DNA from: Thermoanaerobaculia bacterium
GTDB lineage: Bacteria; Acidobacteriota; Thermoanaerobaculia; UBA5066
Assembly (NCBI GenBank): GCA_963816185.1
Contig: CAWFJJ010000001.1
Location: 1-64,000 of the forward strand
Direction of reading: 5' to 3'
DNA length: 64,000 bases
Shown here in pieces: positions 56,791 through 64,000 of the stretch. Position numbers and translations under genes: made by a program. The notes beneath the pieces are model-generated. The model searched no databases. It saw only the letters and a program-made list of their open reading frames with translations, and had not been told where the DNA came from. Every line of letters begins with the position of its first letter. Position 1 is the first letter of the stretch.

Positions 56791-57303
56791 ATGAAGAAGA
56801 GGAACAAAAAGGGCTTCACCCTCATCGAGCTTCTGATCGTCGTCGCAATCATCGGCATCATCGTCGCGATCGCCATTCCGAACCTGCTGAACGCCATCCA
56901 GCGTGCGAAGCAGAAGAGGACGATGGGCGACATGCGGTCTGCGGGTACCGCCGCGGAGGCGTATGCCGTCGATTTCAACCACTACCCGGCGGCCGCGGGT
57001 TACACGCTTCCCTCGGGGCTCACCACATTCCCTCCGACCTCGAGTTTCGGCGCACCGGGCACGGGCTTCAACGGACAAGTCGTGCCGACCTACATCCGCC
57101 TCCTGCCCTTGACGGACGGCTGGAATTCGTTCTTCCTTTACGTCGCCGGCACCACCCAGCAGGACTACGCCATCTCGTCGAACGGCAGAGACGGCGCTTC
57201 ACAGGGCGGCTCAGCCCCCTGGGGCGAGACGACGAACTTCAACGACGACATCATCTTCGTCGACGGCCAGTTCGCTCAGTACCCCGCGGGCGCGCAGAAC
57301 TAA
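56791..57303 (+). CDS. Type IV pilin / GspG-like pseudopilin 2 (probable major subunit)
   Basis: KKG|FTLIELLIVVAIIGIIVAIAIPN; AGGAGG RBS; own terminator. Confidence 0.92.
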   Translation: MKKRNKKGFTLIELLIVVAIIGIIVAIAIPNLLNAIQRAKQKRTMGDMRSAGTAAEAYAVDFNHYPAAAGYTLPSGLTTFPPTSSFGAPGTGFNGQVVPTYIRLLPLTDGWNSFFLYVAGTTQQDYAISSNGRDGASQGGSAPWGETTNFNDDIIFVDGQFAQYPAGAQN

Positions 57304-57329
57304 ACGTCCTCCCTCTGCAAGCCCGATCC

Positions 57330-57362
57330 AAGAGCCCCCGAGACGGGGGCTCTTTTCTTTTC
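57330..57362 (+). terminator. Rho-independent terminator after pilin 2
   Basis: AAGAGCCCCCG-AGA-CGGGGGCTCTT followed by a T-rich tail. Confidence 0.9.
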
Positions 57363-57381
57363 CAGGCCTAGAATTGCCGCG

Positions 57382-59670
57382 GTGCTAGGCCGCGGGACGA
57401 CGGGACGGACGGCGCTCCTGGGCGGCGCCATGGGGCTCGTGTTCGCGAGCCTCCTTCTCCTCCCCTGCGCCTTCTCGGGTGGCGTGCCGGCTCGCGGTGA
57501 TCTCGCCGACTTCTTCTGGCCGATGAAGACCTACACGGCCGCGCGCTGGGCCTCGGGGGTGCCGCTCTGGAATCCGCTCTCGGGATGCGGCGAGCCATGG
57601 CTCGCCCAGCTTCAGTCCGGAGTTTTCAACCCGGGAGACCTGCCATTCCTGCTGACCGGCGCCTGGGGTCCGCTGCTCGGCATCGCTCTTCACATCATGA
57701 TCGCGTCCTCCGGAATGGCGGCCTGGCTTTCCGGCATCGGTACGTCTCGCGCCGCCGCCCTTCTCGGCGCCGGTGTCTTCGCGGGAGGAGGCTGCTTTCT
57801 CTCGCTCGCGCTCGTCTACAACAACTTCGAGACGGCAGCCTTCCTGCCGTGGCTGTTCCTGGCGGCACGGCATGCGGCGCGAGGCGGTTCCCTGGCAGGG
57901 CTTGGCGTCGCCTTCGCTCTCGCATTCCTGGGCGGCGAGCCGGCGCTGGCCGCCGTTGGCGCCGGGTCCGCAGCCCTTGTCGCCTTTGCCACGCGAGGCG
58001 ACGAGGCCGGCTCCAGGCCCCGGGGCCTTCGCGGCGCCTCGCGCCTTGCCGGAGGACTCGTCCTCGGCGCGGGCCTCGCGGCGGCCACGGCGGTTCCCTT
58101 TCTCGAATACGCCGCATCCGCCGGCCGGCTCACGGGCGTGACGAAGAAGGAGGCGCTCGCGCGGCCGGTCGGGTCCTCGGACCTCGTCGACCTCGTTCTT
58201 CCTCCGTCCGACGCGCTCCTTTTCCGCCCGTCCGAAGGCCGCGGGGGTTACCTCACGACGCTCGCTCTGTCTCCGCTCGTTCTCGTGCTCGCGGCGGGCG
58301 CGGGCGCGGGCCTCGCGGCGCGCCCCCGCCTCCTCGTCGCGCTTGCGAGCCTCTCGTTCGCGGGCGTTCTCCTGTCCCTCGGGGCGCGCGGAGGGCTGCT
58401 CCCGATCCTCTGGGACGTGGGACTTGCGAGAGGTGTGCGGTTTCCCGCGCGCTGGTTCGTCTTGACGCATCTCGCCCTCGCGGGCCTCGCGGGCGCCGGC
58501 CTCGACGGCTGGCTGCACGGGCGGTTTTTCCGCTGGCCGAAGGGCCGTGCGCCCGAGGATGGCGCGGAGGCGTCGCCCTCCGTCATTTCGCGCCTCGCGC
58601 CGGCGGGGCTCTTCGGCGTATCTGCCGCGGCGCTCCTCGGCGCCGGGGCGGCGACGGGCCGTCTGACCGGCCTCCCCGCGTGGACGGCTCTTCTCGCGGC
58701 CGGAGTCGGCGCGGTGCTTCTCGCGTTCGCGCGCGCCGCCGGACGGCCAGGTCCCTGGCTCCAGGGCGTCCTTCTCGTCGTGGTCCTGGCGCCGCCTCTT
58801 CTCGCGTCCGTGAACGTGTTTGCACCGGCGCGCCTCGCGCGTCCGCCATCCGCCGTGACGGAGCTGGCCGGGGCACCGGGGCGGGTGTTTCCGGTGGTCT
58901 CGGACGCGCCTTTGCTCGCGGCGCTCGTCCGCGAAACCGGCGGAGAGTGGGGCGGCGCGTCCGGCGCGAACGCCCGCGCGGCTCTTTCGGGCTACACGAA
59001 CCTGCCGCTAGGCCTCTCCTCGGCGGCCTCACCGTCGCCGATCGGGAATCCGCGGCGCACGCGTCTCCTCGGCGCGGCGCTTTCGGGAGGAGACGCGGAG
59101 ACCATCCTCGCGCTCGTGGATGTGCGCCACGTCGTGTCTCCTTTTCCGACGACGATCCGAGGCGCGCGGCTTGAACGGCGGGAAGCGGGCGTTCTCGTCT
59201 ACGCTCTTTCCCGGACCCTGGGACGCGTCTTTTTCGCGCGATCGGCCCGTGAAGCGGACGATGAAGCGGTGTTTCGCGCGCTTGCCGCGCCGGACTTCGA
59301 CCCGGAGTCGGTCGTGCTTCTCGCTCCGCCCGCCGGATCCCTGCCGTCGCCGCGCGGGGGGCGGGGCTTCTCGGTTGCACGTGTCGTCCGGGACGAGCCG
59401 GAGGCTCTGACGGTGGACACAGAGGCCTCGGAAAGCGGCTATCTCGTCCTCACGCGCTCGTATGACAGCGGGTGGAAGGCGCGTCTGGACGGAGCCGGTG
59501 TCCCGCTTCGTCGCGCGGACCTCGCCCTCTCGGCCGTCCTCGTTCCCGCGGGCGCCCACAGGCTCGAGCTCGCGTACCGGCCCGCTGCGTTTCGAGCCGG
59601 CGCGATTCTCTCCCTGGCCTCCCTCGTCGTCCTTGCCGGTCTCCTCCTCGCGGGACAGAGGCCGCCATGA
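57382..59670 (+). CDS. YfhO-family polytopic membrane protein (GT-C-like)
   Basis: GDL.DFFWP, PLWNP..CGEP, RFPARW, C-terminal GYLVL..SYDSGWKARLDG..AVLVPAG.HRLELAYRP. Confidence 0.85.
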   Translation: MLGRGTTGRTALLGGAMGLVFASLLLLPCAFSGGVPARGDLADFFWPMKTYTAARWASGVPLWNPLSGCGEPWLAQLQSGVFNPGDLPFLLTGAWGPLLGIALHIMIASSGMAAWLSGIGTSRAAALLGAGVFAGGGCFLSLALVYNNFETAAFLPWLFLAARHAARGGSLAGLGVAFALAFLGGEPALAAVGAGSAALVAFATRGDEAGSRPRGLRGASRLAGGLVLGAGLAAATAVPFLEYAASAGRLTGVTKKEALARPVGSSDLVDLVLPPSDALLFRPSEGRGGYLTTLALSPLVLVLAAGAGAGLAARPRLLVALASLSFAGVLLSLGARGGLLPILWDVGLARGVRFPARWFVLTHLALAGLAGAGLDGWLHGRFFRWPKGRAPEDGAEASPSVISRLAPAGLFGVSAAALLGAGAATGRLTGLPAWTALLAAGVGAVLLAFARAAGRPGPWLQGVLLVVVLAPPLLASVNVFAPARLARPPSAVTELAGAPGRVFPVVSDAPLLAALVRETGGEWGGASGANARAALSGYTNLPLGLSSAASPSPIGNPRRTRLLGAALSGGDAETILALVDVRHVVSPFPTTIRGARLERREAGVLVYALSRTLGRVFFARSAREADDEAVFRALAAPDFDPESVVLLAPPAGSLPSPRGGRGFSVARVVRDEPEALTVDTEASESGYLVLTRSYDSGWKARLDGAGVPLRRADLALSAVLVPAGAHRLELAYRPAAFRAGAILSLASLVVLAGLLLAGQRPP

Positions 59671-60845
59671 CCGCGGCCGATGGCATCCTCTTGGGCCTGT
59701 TCTTCGCGACGGGCGCCGTCGTGGGCTCCTTCGCAAACGTGTGCATCCACCGCCTGCCGCGTGGAGACTCGGTGGTCCACCCGGGGTCGCACTGCCCGGT
59801 CTGCGGAACGCCCATCGCGTTCTACGACAACGTGCCGATCGTGTCCTGGCTCGCGCTGCGCGGCCGCTGCCGCCGGTGCCGTGCTTTCATTCGTATCCGA
59901 TACCCGGCCGTCGAGCTGCTCGTCGCCCTCCTCTTTCTCGCGGCGGGCCTCCTGTACGGGCCCACTCTCGTCGCAGCCTCCGCGGCCCTCCTCTCGGCGG
60001 CCTGCGTCATTCTCGCGGCCACCGACCTCGAGGCGCGCACGCTGCCCGACGAGGTGACGTTCTCGACCCTCGGGTGCGGCCTCGTCCTGGCGGCTCTTCG
60101 CGACCGCGCGGCCCGTGTCTGGGATCGTCCGTTCGGGTTCCCGTTCGTCGAGAGCCATCTCCTCGAGGCGCTCTTGGGCGCTCTCTTGGGCGCGATCTTT
60201 CTCGAAGGCGTCAGGCGCGCCTACGCGAGGCTGCGCGGCCAGGAAGGGATGGGAGGCGGCGATGTGAAGATGCTCGCGATGGCGGGTGCGTTCACGGGAC
60301 CGGCGGGAGTCTTTTTCACGCTCTTTTTCGCTTCTGTCGCGGGCACGGCCGTGGCGGGCGGAGCGGCGCTCGTGCGAGCCCTGCGATGGTCTCTCGAGGC
60401 GAGGCGCGCCCGCCGCTCGTCTTCCGCGGCCCGTGCGGTCGCCGCGCGCGCCGGAATCCTCGTGAGCGAGGACGGCCGCGTCCTTTCGGCCTCTGGTCGA
60501 TTCCGTGAGATCCCGGGAGCCGCGGCCGAGGGAACGCGATTCACGGCTGACGCGAACGCGGCAGGCCGCCTGCTCGCGTTCGTTCGTCTTGCCCGGAGAC
60601 GGGCGCGGCACGGCGCGCGGACGGCGAGCGGACGCCTCGCTCTCGACGACGGCGCGGACTTTTTCCGGGTTCTCGCGGCCCGCGCCGAGGCGACGCCGGC
60701 CGGGCTCCTCGTTCTCCTCGCCCGCGCCGACGTGCCATTCGGCGTGTTTCTCGCGTGCGGAGCGCTCGGGGCGTTCGTCGCCGGGCGGTCCCTGTGGGAG
60801 GCGCTCGCCGCGGGCGTGCCGTGGATCCCGAGGCTTCTGCCGTGA
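59667..60845 (+). CDS. pilD: Prepilin peptidase/N-methyltransferase with large insertion
   Basis: GSFANVCIHRLP, SHCPVC..RGRCRRC, RYPAVE, TDLE..LPD and GMGGGDVK catalytic Asp motifs, VPFGVFL. Confidence 0.9.
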   Translation: MTAADGILLGLFFATGAVVGSFANVCIHRLPRGDSVVHPGSHCPVCGTPIAFYDNVPIVSWLALRGRCRRCRAFIRIRYPAVELLVALLFLAAGLLYGPTLVAASAALLSAACVILAATDLEARTLPDEVTFSTLGCGLVLAALRDRAARVWDRPFGFPFVESHLLEALLGALLGAIFLEGVRRAYARLRGQEGMGGGDVKMLAMAGAFTGPAGVFFTLFFASVAGTAVAGGAALVRALRWSLEARRARRSSSAARAVAARAGILVSEDGRVLSASGRFREIPGAAAEGTRFTADANAAGRLLAFVRLARRRARHGARTASGRLALDDGADFFRVLAARAEATPAGLLVLLARADVPFGVFLACGALGAFVAGRSLWEALAAGVPWIPRLLP

Positions 60846-62674
60846 CGGATCGGGCGTTCGAGCGCGAGGTCCGCAACGTGATCGTGGGCGGCCTCGCGAC
60901 GCTGCTCTTCCTCGCCGGGACCGCCGTCGTCGTCCTCAGGAACACGGTCGAGTGGGGTGTGGGCGAGAACCTGCGGCGCCTGACGGTCGAGACGCGCGCG
61001 ATCGCGGACCGCCTCGGAAGGGCACCCGATCCCGAGGCGGCGCTCGCGTCGGATGAGGCTGTGGCGCGCCTCTTCCGCGACGTGAACGCGCGCAGCGCCG
61101 CGCTTTACGACCTGAAGGGCCGGCGCGTCGCCGACGCCCCGTTCCTGCCGGACGCGGGGCTCGCTCCCGTGACGGCGATGTCGGCCGCCGATCTGCCTTC
61201 CAGCGAGGCGCTCGTCGGGGCCGGGGACGGCGCTCCCCCGACGATCTCCGTGATCTTGCCCGGAGGGGCGCGAATCCTGCGGGTCGTGTGGGACGGCACA
61301 TCGATCGCGGAGGCGCGCCGCAACGCCCGCATCCTCTCGATCGCGGTGCCCGCGGCCGCGCTCGTGCTCGTCCTTCTCGTCGTGCCGTTCCTGAAGCGCC
61401 TTCTCGGGCCGATCGACGCGCTCACGCAGGCGGCGCGGGGCGCCGGCGGTCTCGTCCCTCCCGTGGGCGCGGGCGGCGACGAAGCCGAGACGGCGATTGC
61501 GACGTTTCAGCGCACGGTCGAGGAGCTGAAGAAACGCACGAACGAGCTGGAAGGCCTCCGCAGCTCCGAAAAGCGACGCGCCGACGTCCTCGCGGTCACG
61601 GCCGACACTCTCGTGAGGTCACATCCCGGCGGGCTCGTGGTCGTGGACGCGGCCGACCGACTTACACAGGCGAACGGCCCCGCCCGTGAGCTCCTTGGTC
61701 TCGCAGAGGACGAGCTCGGCACGGCGGCCGCGGAGGCCGCGGTCGATGCGGTGCCCGCGATCCGCGAGGCGGCGCGGGAGGCGTGCGCCGGCACGCCGAC
61801 GCTCTCGAAGGAGATCGCGCTCGGAGAGGGGCCGGACGCGCGCCTCGTCGAGCTCACGGCCGTTCCGATCCTGGATCCCTCGAAGGCGGTTCTGGGCGTC
61901 CTTCTTTTCCTCGAGGACCGCACGACGACGCGGCGCCTCGAGCGCGAGCTGTCGTCCCGGCGCGAGCTGGCGGCGCTCGGCGAGATGTCGGCGGGCATCG
62001 CGCACGAGTTCCGAAACGCGACGGGGACGATTCTCGGCTGGGCGCGCCTCGCTGCGAAGACCGAGGATCCTGCGGCGCGCTCCCGGCAGCTCGAGGCGAT
62101 CCAGGCCGAAGCCGAGCACGTCGCGCGCGTGACGGGCGATTTTCTCTTCTTCGGCCGGCCCGAGCGGCTCGAAGCGGGATCGTGCGACCTCCGCGCTCTC
62201 GCGCTCGAGATTGCCGACGAGCAGCGCACGCTGACGCCCGGAGTCTCGGTCGAGGTGGCGGGGACGTTCGCGGCCGCGTTCGCGGACGCCGCTCTCGTGC
62301 GCCGCGCGCTCGTGAACCTCGTGAAGAACGCGTGCGAGGCGGCGGCGGCGGGCCCGCGCGCGGGCCGCGTCGCGCTGCGCGGCGAAGGCGAAGCCGCCGG
62401 GTTCGTCAGAATCGCAGTCGAGGACGACGGCTCGGGCGTGCCCGACGAGGCCGCGGCGAAGCTGTTCGTTCCGTTCTTCTCGACGAAGGATACGGGGACG
62501 GGCCTCGGCCTCGCGATGGTCGCGAAGATCGTCACGCTCCACGGCGGAACGGTCTCGGTGGGGCGGTCGACGACCCTGCAAGGCGCGCGGTTCGCGCTCG
62601 AGTTCCCGGCCGCGGCCCCGAAAACTCGGCCGAATGCCGTGAGTGGCGAGAGACCCGGGCCGGACCCGGCGTAG
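60842..62674 (+). CDS. Membrane sensor histidine kinase with HAMP and PAS domains (NtrB/PilS-like)
   Basis: Two TMs; PAS GLVVVD..QANGPA; LGEMSAGIAHEFRN H-box; NLVKNA, DDGSG, FVPFFSTK..GTGLGL. Confidence 0.92.
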   Translation: MTDRAFEREVRNVIVGGLATLLFLAGTAVVVLRNTVEWGVGENLRRLTVETRAIADRLGRAPDPEAALASDEAVARLFRDVNARSAALYDLKGRRVADAPFLPDAGLAPVTAMSAADLPSSEALVGAGDGAPPTISVILPGGARILRVVWDGTSIAEARRNARILSIAVPAAALVLVLLVVPFLKRLLGPIDALTQAARGAGGLVPPVGAGGDEAETAIATFQRTVEELKKRTNELEGLRSSEKRRADVLAVTADTLVRSHPGGLVVVDAADRLTQANGPARELLGLAEDELGTAAAEAAVDAVPAIREAAREACAGTPTLSKEIALGEGPDARLVELTAVPILDPSKAVLGVLLFLEDRTTTRRLERELSSRRELAALGEMSAGIAHEFRNATGTILGWARLAAKTEDPAARSRQLEAIQAEAEHVARVTGDFLFFGRPERLEAGSCDLRALALEIADEQRTLTPGVSVEVAGTFAAAFADAALVRRALVNLVKNACEAAAAGPRAGRVALRGEGEAAGFVRIAVEDDGSGVPDEAAAKLFVPFFSTKDTGTGLGLAMVAKIVTLHGGTVSVGRSTTLQGARFALEFPAAAPKTRPNAVSGERPGPDPA

Positions 62675-62721
62675 GCGGGGGGTTGCCGCGGTCCGACCCG
62701 AGGGACAGGCTGCCGGCGCTA

Positions 62722-63258
62722 TCAGTCGTCGCGCTCCGCGGAAGCCGTCGAGACCTGTGCTGAGGCCGGCATCAAGCTTCGAACGCCCATCTCGTGGACG
62801 AGACGCCCACCCTGATGGGCCGTGTTCACGAGCGAGAGGGTGCCGGCGGCGTACATCAGGAGGAACAGGAGTGTGAAGGCGGTCGTCGGCACACGCCCGG
62901 GCTCCCGCCGCATCACCGTGGGGAGGGCGAGCAGGCCGGCGAACACGATCGTCAGCAGCGCGAAGATCAGACGCGTCCGCTCGGCCAGCTCCTCGTGGTG
63001 CTCAAGCGCGACCGCCACCCCGCCGCTGCGGTCCGCGAGCTTCCCCGCGGCCTCGCCGCTGGCCACGGCCATGAACGTCGCGGCGGTTCCGAGCACCATG
63101 AGGACCAAGGCCGCGAGCATCACCCCGCGCGACCTCTCGCGCAGGAAGAGTCCGAGGAGGACGAGGAGCGGCGCGACGAGGAGGAGGGCCACGGGGAAGT
63201 GGACGACAAGCGGGTGAAGCGCGTCTAGCGAGCCGGGGAGGGGCGGGAATTCGATCAT
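62722..63258 (-). CDS. DUF2231-like membrane protein with conserved His residues
   Basis: LHPLVVHFPVALL, SGE.A, EHHEELA, AHQGGRLVH; four TM segments. Confidence 0.75.
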   Translation of the reverse strand: MIEFPPLPGSLDALHPLVVHFPVALLLVAPLLVLLGLFLRERSRGVMLAALVLMVLGTAATFMAVASGEAAGKLADRSGGVAVALEHHEELAERTRLIFALLTIVFAGLLALPTVMRREPGRVPTTAFTLLFLLMYAAGTLSLVNTAHQGGRLVHEMGVRSLMPASAQVSTASAERDD

Positions 63259-63262
63259 CCGG

Positions 63263-63874
63263 TCAGCTCACCTTCACGTAGCGGTCCTTTGGGTTGAAGC
63301 ACGCGGGGCACTTCTCGAAGTCGAGCTTCGTCGTCGTGTAACCGCAGACCGTGCAGACGTAGAGTGATTCGGACGCCGAGCCCTTGGCACCGTCGAGGCC
63401 GGCGAGCGCCGCGGTGTAGAGCTTGGCGTGCTCGGCCTCGGCCATCTTCGCCATGTTGAAGGTCTCGATGGCGGCGCGGTTCCCGTCCTGGCGCGCCTTC
63501 ACGAGGAACTGCGGATACATCGTGTCGCGTTCGTAGGTCTCGCCCTCGAGGGCGGCCTTCAGGTTCTCGCGAGTCGACTTGACGTCCGCGGCCTTCAGCT
63601 CCGCTTTCGCCTCGACGCCGATCTTCTTCAGGACGTCGGCGTGATTCTTCGCGTGGATCTCCTCGGCGCGCGCGGCGGCCCGGAAGAGGCTTGCCACGCG
63701 GCCGTAGCCCTCCTGATCAGCCTTCGTGGCGAATGCGACGTAGCGCGCGTGGGCGTTGCTCTCGCCCTGGAAGGCGGCGAGCAGGTTCTCCTTCGTGGAG
63801 GTGGAGGAGGCGGCCGAGAGGGGAAGGGTCACGAGGGCCAGGGCGGTGGCGACGAGGATGGAGAGGCCTTTCAT
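63263..63874 (-). CDS. Rubrerythrin with N-terminal signal peptide
   Basis: TKENL.AAFQGES.A..RY, AEEIHA, GETYE..MYP, EAEHA di-iron motifs; CTVCG..CPAC rubredoxin-like domain; AAGGAG RBS. Confidence 0.92.
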   Translation of the reverse strand: MKGLSILVATALALVTLPLSAASSTSTKENLLAAFQGESNAHARYVAFATKADQEGYGRVASLFRAAARAEEIHAKNHADVLKKIGVEAKAELKAADVKSTRENLKAALEGETYERDTMYPQFLVKARQDGNRAAIETFNMAKMAEAEHAKLYTAALAGLDGAKGSASESLYVCTVCGYTTTKLDFEKCPACFNPKDRYVKVS

Positions 63875-63916
63875 CGGTGTTGACTCCTTTGCGCTCGATC
63901 GAGCGCAGAGGGCGTC

Positions 63917-63931
63917 TCAAGGTCCGTGCCG
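63917..63931 (-). promoter_or_regulatory. Sigma54-like -24/-12 motif (CGGCAC-N5-TTGA) upstream of rubrerythrin
   Basis: Minus strand CGGCACGGACCTTGA about 42 nt upstream of ATG 63874; inverted repeat GCGGGAC-N4-GTCCCGC at 63945-63962. Confidence 0.5.
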
Positions 63932-64000
63932 AGCCTCACGCGGGGCGGGACACGCGTCCCGCAAGGAGTTGCGCGGATGAGACCGCGTGTCGCGTCGAAA

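Overview
A GC-rich, gene-dense 64 kb bacterial window. The gene content (Oar-type TonB-dependent receptor, GT-C membrane glycosyltransferases, ECF/zf-HC2 pair, GTP-type PEPCK) suggests Acidobacteriota, possibly Thermoanaerobaculia-like; this is inference only. Layout: 1-12.6 kb is the end of an exopolysaccharide/capsule locus (GT4, CapK-like ligase, GT2, GT-C, DegT aminotransferase, priming sugar transferase, CapD/PglF dehydratase, an antisense LuxR, OM beta-barrel plus short OPX, PHP phosphatase). 12.6-30 kb is mixed metabolism (speA, CobW, pip, ECF trio, pckG, psd, amino-acid ABC transporter). 30.2-33.8 kb is a tightly coupled operon of amidase, MamK-like actin and a Pro-rich TM/SPOR protein. 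This is the strongest candidate for an undescribed system: a magnetosome-type actin apparently wired to peptidoglycan remodelling, with no magnetosome genes nearby. It is followed by a GT-C remnant and vapBC, korAB, VIT1, SDR, a Rieske oxygenase, transporters, a diguanylate cyclase, a TonB receptor, a Ser/Thr kinase, glnK-amtB and malQ. The window ends with a pilin locus (two pilins, YfhO-like GT-C, a prepilin peptidase with a PAS-like insertion, a histidine kinase) and a signal-peptide-bearing rubrerythrin paired with a DUF2231-like membrane protein. Other signals: three apparent +1 frameshifts (probably assembly errors), many apparently leaderless genes, a recurrent GGCAY-N5-TTGA sigma54-like motif and AT-rich TTCTAAGAA-type motifs inside coding sequences. 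I recognised no rRNA, tRNA, CRISPR array or transposase. All family assignments come from motif recognition, not database searches.
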